From positions 3,194 to 67,193 of the forward strand of contig CAKOHR010000005.1 in the NCBI GenBank assembly GCA_934085825.1: a stretch of 64,000 bases of DNA, in the 5' to 3' direction. The position numbers were made by a program, and so were the translations under genes. Positions within the stretch are counted from its first letter, which is position 1; each line of letters begins with the position of its first letter. The stretch is from an uncultured Bacilli bacterium. Lineage in GTDB: Bacteria; Bacillota_I; Bacilli_A; RF39; UBA660. Below are positions 56,576 through 64,000 of this stretch, piece after piece. The notes beneath the pieces are model-generated. The model saw only the letters and a program-made list of their open reading frames with translations. It had not been told where the DNA came from and ran no database searches.

Positions 56576-57004
56576 ATGAAGAATGCATTCTGGGCATATT
56601 GGTTGATACTATTAGGAATAGTAATCGTAGTAATAATGCTACTTGTTCAAAATCTTACAACAAGTAGCACTCAAGATTACTATCTAATTAAAGAAATAAC
56701 TGAAGCATCAATGGTTGATGCAGTAGATTATTCTTATTATCGAACCTATGGTGAAATTAAAATAAATAAAGAAAAATTTTATGAAAGTTTTATACGTCGT
56801 TTTTCAGAAAATGCCGCATTAAATACAACATACACAGTTAGTTTTTATGGAGTTTATGAAGCTCCACCTAAAGCTAGTGTAGAAATTAAAAGTAAATCTA
56901 ATACTTTCACTGTTGTTGGTGATTCCACTACATTCGATATGGTAGAAAGAATAGACTCAATACTTGAAGGTAATACACTTGAAAGTAATACAACCAATGA
57001 ATAA
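56576..57004 (+). CDS. N-terminally TM-anchored small protein (minor-pilin-like topology)
   Basis: GGGGTGA RBS. WAYWLILLGIVIVVIMLLV followed by a ~110-aa soluble domain. Confidence 0.5.
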   Translation: MKNAFWAYWLILLGIVIVVIMLLVQNLTTSSTQDYYLIKEITEASMVDAVDYSYYRTYGEIKINKEKFYESFIRRFSENAALNTTYTVSFYGVYEAPPKASVEIKSKSNTFTVVGDSTTFDMVERIDSILEGNTLESNTTNE

Positions 57005-57024
57005 AAATATAAGGAGGAATAAAA

Positions 57025-57792
57025 ATGGGTGGTAAAAAAAATGTATTTACAAAGTTTTTAACAAATAAAACAACAGTGACTTTAATTGGCATTGTTCTAG
57101 GACTAGGAGTTTTAGTGGGATTTTACATATATCGTGTTAATAAACAAGTAAATCCCACCCGTATTCCTGTTGCTAAAAGAGCTATTAGTGCAACTGAAGA
57201 AATTACTAAGGATGATATTGAATATGTTAAAGTTAGTAAAAGTTTTTTAAAGAAAAGAGATATTTATAAATCAGCAACTAATCTAGTTGGTAAATATGTA
57301 TCAACAGGAACGTCAATTCCAAAAGGAGGAATGTTCTATACAGCACAAGTTGTTGAAAAAAAGGAATTACCAAATGCTATATTTGATGAAATTCCTGAGG
57401 GTTATACAATATACCAATTAAAAGTAGATAATACGACAACGTATGCTAATTCAATTTATCCAGGTGATAAAATTGATTTATGGCTTAAAACAACTGAAAA
57501 TGGTATCTTAGTATTTGGGGAATTCATATCAAATATTGAAGTTCTAGGCGTACGAGATAATAATGGTCAAAATGTTTTTGATGTAACAAGTGGCAGAACA
57601 CCTGCATGGCTATTATTTGCCGTTAAAACAGACATGTACAGATACCTAAAATTAGCAGAAAGTATATCAGGAATGAGTGTAATACCTGTTCCAAAAAATA
57701 ATTTAGTAAATCCAGATGTTGGCTCAACAGAATATTCAAGTCAAGAATTGATTGACATATTGGATAGAGAAACAACAAGAATGGGGGCCTAG
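57025..57792 (+). CDS. CpaB/RcpC-like Flp pilus assembly protein (SAF domain), paralogue 1
   Basis: N-terminal TM helix. RIPVAKRAISATEEITKDDIEYVKV is a SAF-type motif. Paralogous to the next gene. Confidence 0.65.
   Translation: MGGKKNVFTKFLTNKTTVTLIGIVLGLGVLVGFYIYRVNKQVNPTRIPVAKRAISATEEITKDDIEYVKVSKSFLKKRDIYKSATNLVGKYVSTGTSIPKGGMFYTAQVVEKKELPNAIFDEIPEGYTIYQLKVDNTTTYANSIYPGDKIDLWLKTTENGILVFGEFISNIEVLGVRDNNGQNVFDVTSGRTPAWLLFAVKTDMYRYLKLAESISGMSVIPVPKNNLVNPDVGSTEYSSQELIDILDRETTRMGA
57421..57493 (+). repeat. Near-identical 73-nt tract shared by the two CpaB paralogues (copy 1)
   Basis: 72 of 73 nt identical to 58191-58263. Encodes KVDNTTTYANSIYPGDKIDLWLKT. Confidence 0.9.
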
Positions 57793-57794
57793 AA

Positions 57795-58622
57795 ATGAGT
57801 AATATTTTAGCAAAAATCAAAAATTTATTTTTAAACAAAAACACTGTTACAATTCTAGGTGTTTTAGCTGGAGTTATTGCTTTATGGTTTGCATATAGCG
57901 TCACATTAGATAAAGCAGTAAAACCACAAAGAGTACCTGTGGCATCCAAAGATTTGACTGCTGGTACAATTATAACAAAAGATGATATCGAATATGTAGA
58001 TGTAAATTCTGATGCTTTAAAAAAAGCAAGTGTTATAACAAATTCATCACAACTTATTGGATATTATGTAACAAATAATACATCCGTAGTTCGTGGATCA
58101 ATGTTTTATAAAAGCCAAGTCGTATCTAAAGATAAACTTATAGATAGAGATTTGGAAATAGTTCCTGAAGGATATAGACTTTACTGGCTTAAAGTAGATA
58201 ATACAACAACGTATGCTAATTCAATTTATCCAGGTGATAAAATTGATTTATGGCTTAAAACAAAGTATGACGGTAAATATATCTATGAAGAATTTATTAC
58301 AAATATTGAAGTACTTAGTGTAAAAGATTCAAAAGGACAAAATGTCTTTGATGTAACAACTGGAAGAACTCCAGCAGTATTGGTATTTGCAGTACCTGAT
58401 GAATTGTTTGCATACCTTAGCAAAATAGGTTATTTAAGTAATATGGATCTATATCCAGTTCCAATAAACAAGAAAAATTCAGACAAAGATGCTACAACAG
58501 AAATAACTAATCAAGAACTTGTTAAGCTAATAGATAGTCAAGCAAGAAGCATCACAACAGATACTAATGTATCAACTGATGAAAGTAACAATAATGATAA
58601 TAATGTAACAAATAATGAATAA
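57795..58622 (+). CDS. CpaB/RcpC-like Flp pilus assembly protein (SAF domain), paralogue 2
   Basis: N-terminal TM helix. RVPVASKDLTAGTIITKDDIEYVDV. Asn/Asp-rich C-tail. Confidence 0.65.
   Translation: MSNILAKIKNLFLNKNTVTILGVLAGVIALWFAYSVTLDKAVKPQRVPVASKDLTAGTIITKDDIEYVDVNSDALKKASVITNSSQLIGYYVTNNTSVVRGSMFYKSQVVSKDKLIDRDLEIVPEGYRLYWLKVDNTTTYANSIYPGDKIDLWLKTKYDGKYIYEEFITNIEVLSVKDSKGQNVFDVTTGRTPAVLVFAVPDELFAYLSKIGYLSNMDLYPVPINKKNSDKDATTEITNQELVKLIDSQARSITTDTNVSTDESNNNDNNVTNNE
58191..58263 (+). repeat. Near-identical 73-nt tract (copy 2)
   Basis: See 57421-57493. The only difference is G57435 versus A58205. Confidence 0.9.
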
Positions 58623-58638
58623 AAGAGGGTGAAAAATT

Positions 58639-59745
58639 GTGAATGATGCTGTATTTTCACAAATAGATTTTGGGCCTTTAAAAGAGTTTTTAGAGGAAGA
58701 TAACATAACTGACGTATCATATTCAAATGGTGGTCAAGTTTGGCTAAAAACTCTTGATAAAGGTGTTTATAGAGTAGAAAGACCAGAAATAAATAATGCT
58801 TTAATGGAAAAGCTGGCTTTTCAATGTTCAAATGTAATGGGAAAAACATTTAATATGGCTCATCCATTCTTGGATGCTGAGTCTGCTGAATTACGTTTAA
58901 ACTTTGTACATGAATCTATAGCTACAAATGGAATATGTTGTGTTATAAGAAAGACGCCTGCCAAAATCCGTCTAAACAAAGATAAACTAATTAATGAACA
59001 ATATGTAACAGAAGATTTACATGACTTTTTAATGACTTGTGTTGAGGGTCATTGTAATATCATAGTAAGTGGGGAAACTGGTTCAGGTAAAACCGAGCTT
59101 GTTAAATATTTAGCAAGTCATACTAAAGAAAATGAAAAAATAATAACAATCGAAGATACACTAGAACTTCACTTAGACAAGATATTTCCTCATCGTGATA
59201 TTGTAGCTATGAAAACAAATAATATAGCATCATATTCAGATGTGCTAGTAACATGTATGAGACAAAATCCAAGATGGATTTTACTTTCCGAAGTACGTAG
59301 TGCTGAAGCCGTTACCGCAGTACGTAACTCAATTTCATCTGGGCATAACATTATATCAACAATTCACTCAGATAGAGCTTTAAACATACCTATGCGTCTA
59401 TACAGTTTGCTTGAAAATAGTCAAGATATTGATCAGTTTTTAAAGTCAATTCACAGATATGTCCAAATCGGTGTGCATGTTAAAGGGTACATGAGTAAAG
59501 AACTAGGTAGATTTCAACGTGAAATAATTGAAGTCGTAGAGTTTTATGTTGATGATAACAATGAAGCTAAAGCAAACATAATTTTTAAAAAGAGTTTAGA
59601 TGGCAAATTTAGTTTTAATAATCCAAGTAAATATCTAATTGATTATTTAGGTGTTCAAGGGGTTACTTTAAGACCAGATTATTTTGTAAAAGCTAAAACT
59701 AACGAATTAAATGAAAATAAAGTAATAGAAATAGAAAGCTTATAA
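58639..59745 (+). CDS. CpaF/TadA-type (VirB11-like) secretion ATPase
   Basis: GTG start after AGAGGGTGA. Walker A SGETGSGKTE, Asp box ITIEDTLEL, Walker B RWILLSEVR, His box ISTIHSD. Confidence 0.85.
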   Translation: MNDAVFSQIDFGPLKEFLEEDNITDVSYSNGGQVWLKTLDKGVYRVERPEINNALMEKLAFQCSNVMGKTFNMAHPFLDAESAELRLNFVHESIATNGICCVIRKTPAKIRLNKDKLINEQYVTEDLHDFLMTCVEGHCNIIVSGETGSGKTELVKYLASHTKENEKIITIEDTLELHLDKIFPHRDIVAMKTNNIASYSDVLVTCMRQNPRWILLSEVRSAEAVTAVRNSISSGHNIISTIHSDRALNIPMRLYSLLENSQDIDQFLKSIHRYVQIGVHVKGYMSKELGRFQREIIEVVEFYVDDNNEAKANIIFKKSLDGKFSFNNPSKYLIDYLGVQGVTLRPDYFVKAKTNELNENKVIEIESL

Positions 59746-59764
59746 TACAGAAAGGAGCATTGAT

Positions 59765-60670
59765 ATGAATTATTTACCAGAGTTAATAATACTTTTAATT
59801 ATAGCTGCAGTAGTTTTAATAGCTCGTCGAAATCCTGGAGAAAATGTATATAAATATGTTACAAATAAAGCAACAGACGTTTATGATAAATATGCTCCGT
59901 ACTCGTTTAAAATGGTTAGAGAAAAAGCTGTTGAGTTAGGGCAAGAATTTACACCACGCCAATATTTAACTCAAGTATTAATTTTAGGTGGCTTGGCTGC
60001 TATAGTAGGATATTTTTACTTTTATAGTATTATAGTAGCTGCTATATATGCAGTGGTAGCAATAGCATTTATACCATATCTTGCCTATCTAAGACTTCAA
60101 AGAGTATATAGTGAGTATATTTTTGAACAAATACAAACATATACAACCAATGTCATTATGGAATTTAATACAACACAAAGTTTTGTTAAAGCCCTAGAGG
60201 GCGTTAGGGATTCTGGCATTCTTGAAGAACCAGTTGTAAGCGATGTAAAGAAAATGATAGAAATGTCATATCAAAATGGTACAATCGATGAATCAATCAC
60301 TTATTTTAATAATAAATATCCATTTTATATGGTAAAAAATATGCATCAATTATTTTTACAAATTACTAAAGAAGGTGCTAGAGATTCAGGACAAGCACTT
60401 GAAAATATGTCTCTTGACATAGATGCTTTAGTTGAAGGTGTATACCGTGACCAAATGGACAGAAATAATTTCCATGGCAGATTCTTAAGATTTGGCTTAA
60501 TTCTTTATTTATTAGTAATAGTTTTAAGATTTATGCTAGGTGAAGAAAACTACATTAAATTATTAGATATATGGTACGTACAAATAATATTACACGCCAT
60601 TGTCATTATAAATGCCTTCTTCATGTTAAGTGGAGAAAAATATTATAATGAAGATGTAGGAGGGGAATAA
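59765..60670 (+). CDS. TadB-like (T2SSF-type) membrane platform protein
   Basis: Position after the ATPase. Topology is TM, soluble helical domain, then TM pairs. Assignment rests on context and topology. Confidence 0.55.
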   Translation: MNYLPELIILLIIAAVVLIARRNPGENVYKYVTNKATDVYDKYAPYSFKMVREKAVELGQEFTPRQYLTQVLILGGLAAIVGYFYFYSIIVAAIYAVVAIAFIPYLAYLRLQRVYSEYIFEQIQTYTTNVIMEFNTTQSFVKALEGVRDSGILEEPVVSDVKKMIEMSYQNGTIDESITYFNNKYPFYMVKNMHQLFLQITKEGARDSGQALENMSLDIDALVEGVYRDQMDRNNFHGRFLRFGLILYLLVIVLRFMLGEENYIKLLDIWYVQIILHAIVIINAFFMLSGEKYYNEDVGGE

Positions 60671-61458
60671 TGCAAATAGAAGTTATTATTGTTGCTATAA
60701 TTGTATTTGGTATAATGACTATAACTGGACAAATCAGTATAAATCAACTTATTAGTGATAATCAAATTCTTTTTATGAAATTAAAAGAAAAAGATTGGGA
60801 TTTTCTAGTTAGAGCTAAATATGGAAATAATATAAATCCAGATATTCTCTTTAACAAAAGAATAAAAAATGCTTTAATTTCTATGGCAATAGCTTTAGCA
60901 TTTTTAATAAAAGACTTAAATGCTGTTAAAGTATTATTAATATTTGTCCTTGGAGTATTTGTATTTAAAACCTCATACAATGACATAAAAAAATATTATC
61001 AAAGACATATGGCAGAAATTGATTCTATGCTGCCACATTATTTAAAGAACTTAGAAATATTAATACAACATTATACAGTACCAGTTGCTATCGGAAAATC
61101 AATGGCTGAATCTCCAGAAATATTTAAAGATGGACTTCAAGAAATGATAGATTCAATAAATTCCGGTGATGATACAATAGAACCATATATGGAATTTGCT
61201 AGAAAATATCCAGTGCGTGATTCAATGCGTATGATGCGTTTGCTATATCGTTTAAGTTTAGGGCGCCAAGAAAGAAAACAAGAACAAATTCTAACCTTTT
61301 CAAGATCTATTTCATCATTACAACAAAAAGCTCGTGAAACAAGATATAAAAATAGATTGGAAAAAATGGAAGGAAAGACCATGAGTATGTTAATAACAAC
61401 TGGTGTAGGATTAATGATTCTATTGGTATTAGCTGTTATACAACTTATGGACATATAA
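60670..61458 (+). CDS. TadC-like (T2SSF-type) membrane platform protein
   Basis: TAATG overlap with the upstream gene. Same topology class. Assignment rests on context and topology. Confidence 0.55.
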   Translation: MQIEVIIVAIIVFGIMTITGQISINQLISDNQILFMKLKEKDWDFLVRAKYGNNINPDILFNKRIKNALISMAIALAFLIKDLNAVKVLLIFVLGVFVFKTSYNDIKKYYQRHMAEIDSMLPHYLKNLEILIQHYTVPVAIGKSMAESPEIFKDGLQEMIDSINSGDDTIEPYMEFARKYPVRDSMRMMRLLYRLSLGRQERKQEQILTFSRSISSLQQKARETRYKNRLEKMEGKTMSMLITTGVGLMILLVLAVIQLMDI

Positions 61459-61481
61459 TTTACAAAAAAATTAAAATATAA

Positions 61482-61510
61482 TTGATATTTTCCTAAAATT
61501 CAGTTATAAT
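61482..61510 (+). promoter_or_regulatory. Internal promoter directly upstream of the pilin genes
   Basis: TTGATA, 17-nt spacer, TATAAT. The AAGGAGG RBS follows. Confidence 0.6.
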
Positions 61511-61538
61511 AAAAGTATATTAAAAGGAGGATGACAAA

Positions 61539-61784
61539 ATGAAAGAAGCTACAGGAGAATTAAATATGACCGTAGTCACTGTAGTTGCAATTGCTGCTGT
61601 TGGGGCTTTCTTCTATTTCTTTATCTGGCCTGGTATTCAAGCTGGACTTTCAAGAAATACATGTCTTAATCTATGTCCAGGTGGAGAACTAGATACATCA
61701 CAAGGACGTGGTGGCGTAGATGTTAATAGTAAAACTTGCTATTGTGCTGATGGAGACCCAATACAATTTGGCGACGAAGAATAA
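61539..61784 (+). CDS. Small pilin-like protein 1 (Flp-size, atypical leader)
   Basis: 81 aa. MKEATGELNMT leader, hydrophobic helix VVTVVAIAAVGAFFYFFIW, C-terminal domain with 4 Cys. Confidence 0.6.
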   Translation: MKEATGELNMTVVTVVAIAAVGAFFYFFIWPGIQAGLSRNTCLNLCPGGELDTSQGRGGVDVNSKTCYCADGDPIQFGDEE

Positions 61785-61804
61785 GACAAATAAAGAGGTG
61801 AAAA

Positions 61805-62065
61805 ATGAAAGAGGCTACAGGAGAATTAAATATGACGATAATAGTTTCTATATCGATCGGGATCTTGGCAGCCTTTTTTTTCGGCTTTTTATGGCCATTA
61901 ATAAACACCAATTTTCAGAAAAATTCTCAATGTAACAAGGCAGTATGTGATTGTTCATCTGTGACTAGAGAAAACATTGAAAGTGAGACTGGTCAAAAAA
62001 ATTATTGTCGTTGTCATGATAAAGCATCAGAAGATAACACGTTTTATTGTCCATTCAAAGGTTAG
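61805..62065 (+). CDS. Small pilin-like protein 2
   Basis: 86 aa. Identical MKEATGELNMT leader (first 32 nt differ at 1 position), hydrophobic helix, 5 Cys. Confidence 0.6.
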   Translation: MKEATGELNMTIIVSISIGILAAFFFGFLWPLINTNFQKNSQCNKAVCDCSSVTRENIESETGQKNYCRCHDKASEDNTFYCPFKG

Positions 62066-62074
62066 GAGGAAGAT

Positions 62075-62572
62075 ATGAAAGAATCATTAAGCGTAACGTA
62101 TATTTTTCAAATAGTAATATTATTTATTCTATTATTTACAGCTATTATGGCTTTAACTATCAATAATTCAAATGCCTTTGGAATTAAAGATCAAATAGTA
62201 AATATATTAGAAGCTAATGGCGGAAATTACATGGAAAATGGTAATTTGAGTGAAGAAATAGTTGATTTAATTGAAAGTACATCATATCGCACAACTGGAA
62301 AATGTGATGAAGACTATCAAGGATTTGATAGAACTGGAGCATCTGTTTCTGCCAATCAAGATGCATCAATATGCATTAAAGAAGTAAATGCAACAGATGG
62401 TGTAGATAAGTATTTAACAGAAGTAATAGGTGAGGGAAAAATAGCAACGGGTGATTTTATGCCTGGAAAATATTATCAAATAGTAGTATTTTTTCAATTA
62501 GATTTGCCAGTTGTTAAACAAGTATATAATTTTTCTTCCAAAGCCGAAACAAAAGTTTTATATCAAAAGTAG
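62075..62572 (+). CDS. TM-anchored minor-pilin/TadE-like protein, paralogue A
   Basis: MKESLSVTYIFQIVILFILLFTAIMAL followed by a soluble domain with YRTTGKCDEDYQGF. Confidence 0.5.
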   Translation: MKESLSVTYIFQIVILFILLFTAIMALTINNSNAFGIKDQIVNILEANGGNYMENGNLSEEIVDLIESTSYRTTGKCDEDYQGFDRTGASVSANQDASICIKEVNATDGVDKYLTEVIGEGKIATGDFMPGKYYQIVVFFQLDLPVVKQVYNFSSKAETKVLYQK

Positions 62573-62584
62573 GAGACATAATAA

Positions 62585-63034
62585 ATGAAAACCGTAAGTG
62601 AATCAACTTGGACATTTCAAATGATTATTTTCTTCATTCTAATATTTGCTTGCTTTCTAACATTAGTTATAAGTTATAATAAGGCCTATACCATAAAAAA
62701 TAGAATGCTAAATATGATTGAAAAATATGAAGGTGTTACACCAACATCTGCTGAATTCATAAATGATTTTATATATAATAAAGGTTATACAAATACTGGT
62801 AAATGTCCAGAAAGTTGGATGGGGGCAATAAACTTAGAAGGTGACTTTGAAGTGTCTAAAAATAATACAAAATATTTTTATTGTTTTAAAAGAAGTGTTA
62901 GAAATAATCAAGATTATTACGATGTAAAAGTTTTTTTCAGATTTAATCTACCAGTAATAGGCAACATAGCAAATTATGAGATCGATGGAACTACAAAAAC
63001 ATTTATAGGTGCCAATGATCAAATAGAGGAGTAA
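62585..63034 (+). CDS. TM-anchored minor-pilin/TadE-like protein, paralogue B
   Basis: MKTVSESTWTFQMIIFFILIFACFLTL followed by a soluble domain with YTNTGKCPESWMGA. Confidence 0.5.
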   Translation: MKTVSESTWTFQMIIFFILIFACFLTLVISYNKAYTIKNRMLNMIEKYEGVTPTSAEFINDFIYNKGYTNTGKCPESWMGAINLEGDFEVSKNNTKYFYCFKRSVRNNQDYYDVKVFFRFNLPVIGNIANYEIDGTTKTFIGANDQIEE

Positions 63035-63038
63035 TAAA

Positions 63039-64000
63039 ATGAATGTAATAATATCAAATAAATATCAATCATTATTAGCCAGTCTGAATATTGACGTAAT
63101 AAAGAGCATAAACGGAGAATTTACAGTAGAAGAATTAGTTAATCAATTTCAAAGTTTTTATTTTAACAAGATGATTATAGACATTACAGCAATTAAGAAT
63201 TATGAAAATATAAACATAATGCAAAGTTTATCTGTAAATTTTGACATGACCAAAGTTATCTTGTTACTAGACGATTCTGAAAAGGTTAATTCACCAATGT
63301 ACATATCACAATTAATATCAATGGGAATATACAATTTCACAAATGATATTAATACTGTAAAATACTTAATTAATAATCCAAATCAATATAAAGATGTAGC
63401 GAATTATCATCATATAGGAGGATTTAGAAAGCCACCTTTAAACGAAAAAGCGGTAGATACGACCCGTGGAAAAATGGGCCAAAAGATAATTGGTTTTAAG
63501 AATGTAACAGAACATGCCGGAGCAACAACATTAATATATTTACTTAAACTACATCTAGAAAAATCATACAATGTTAAAGCTGTAGAAATTGATAAAAATG
63601 ATTTTATATATTTTAATGACCGAAGTTTAGAAAGTATTTCGAGCATCGAATTTATTGACTTTTTAAGTATTAATAGCAATTATGATGTAATTTTAGTAGA
63701 TTTAAATGACGCTGAAATTTCAGAATACTGTCATGACATTGTATATTTAATAGAACCTGGCTTAATTAAATTAAACAAATTAATAAGACAAGATAATGCA
63801 ATATTTACTAAATTAGCGGATAAGAAAATAGTTTTAAATCGAAGCGTTCTTGACACTAAAGATGTATCAGATTTTGAAAAGGAAAGTGGTAGTAAAGTAT
63901 TTTTCAATATACCTTACTTAGATGATAAACTTGATGATCAAATGGTTGTAAATGCATTTTTGACTGCACTAGGATTTACTAGAATAGATGATAAAAATAA
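63039..64000 (+). CDS. TadZ/CpaE-like protein (receiver-like N-domain plus degenerate ParA/MinD-like domain), truncated by the window end; not in the ORF track
   Basis: GAGGAG RBS. My translation shows no stop from 63039 to 64000: MNVIISNKYQSLLASLNIDVIKS...KIIGFKNVTEHAGATTLIYLLKLHL...DVILVDLND... Track ORF 63410..63679(-) lies antisense inside it. Confidence 0.6.
   Translation, partial: MNVIISNKYQSLLASLNIDVIKSINGEFTVEELVNQFQSFYFNKMIIDITAIKNYENINIMQSLSVNFDMTKVILLLDDSEKVNSPMYISQLISMGIYNFTNDINTVKYLINNPNQYKDVANYHHIGGFRKPPLNEKAVDTTRGKMGQKIIGFKNVTEHAGATTLIYLLKLHLEKSYNVKAVEIDKNDFIYFNDRSLESISSIEFIDFLSINSNYDVILVDLNDAEISEYCHDIVYLIEPGLIKLNKLIRQDNAIFTKLADKKIVLNRSVLDTKDVSDFEKESGSKVFFNIPYLDDKLDDQMVVNAFLTALGFTRIDDKN

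Noticed and set aside
61720-61935. Track ORFs 61720..61935(+) and 61723..61911(-).
   Set aside because: They overlap the two RBS-preceded pilin genes in other frames and have no translation signals of their own.
63410-63679. Track ORF on the minus strand (89 aa).
   Set aside because: It lies entirely antisense inside the long open TadZ-like frame, which has an RBS and recognisable domain features.
1-64000. Mollicutes-type genetic code (TGA = Trp), considered because of the extreme AT richness.
   Set aside because: Several well-defined genes end at TGA with the next gene's RBS or start immediately following (for example 3417..4475 and 44466..44846). Trp in conserved motifs is encoded by TGG.

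Overview
Strongly AT-rich, low-GC Bacillota-type chromosomal segment using the standard genetic code (conserved ORFs end at TGA). All family names come from motifs I recognise by eye; no searches were run. No rRNA genes or CRISPR arrays were seen.

- **0.4-16.4 kb, defence/mobile island.** It holds a frameshifted protein with two HEPN-type RNxxxH motifs, an unannotated 49-aa Cys-rich peptide and an HTH-Fic protein. Next come a GHKL-ATPase / STAS-like / membrane-protein triad, a decayed tyrosine integrase and phage replication-gene remnants. It ends with an AbrB-like gene coupled to a complete type I R-M system (hsdM-hsdS-hsdR) and a NUDIX + SRA-like/DUF3883-nuclease pair.
- **16.9-21.2 kb, core genes.** CinA-like, radical SAM, tRNA-Thr, rlmB, a sigma factor, secE and nusG.
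- **21.2-32.7 kb, envelope and transport genes.** GT2-TPR, a collagen-like protein, an HD protein, TetR with an MMPL/YhgE transporter, a methyltransferase and an ABC importer.
- **32.8-44.4 kb, inserted segment.** It is bracketed by an intact and a decayed copy of the 5' end of the ABC binding-protein gene. It carries an intact IS110-family element, a second IS110 remnant, pseudogenes, a tail-anchored GH10-like/PHP fusion protein and two other large orphan proteins.
- **44.4-52.2 kb, miscellaneous genes.** Desulfoferrodoxin, a surface metalloprotease-like protein, a GNAT-MazG fusion, an M14-like peptidase and three helical-repeat proteins.
- **52.3-64.0 kb, best candidate for an undescribed system.** This is a 13-gene divergent Tad/Flp-like type IV filament cluster. 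It has two CpaB paralogues sharing a gene-conversion tract, atypical Cys-containing pilins and a 1150-aa Cys-rich secreted protein. A TadZ-like gene runs off the window end and is absent from the ORF track.
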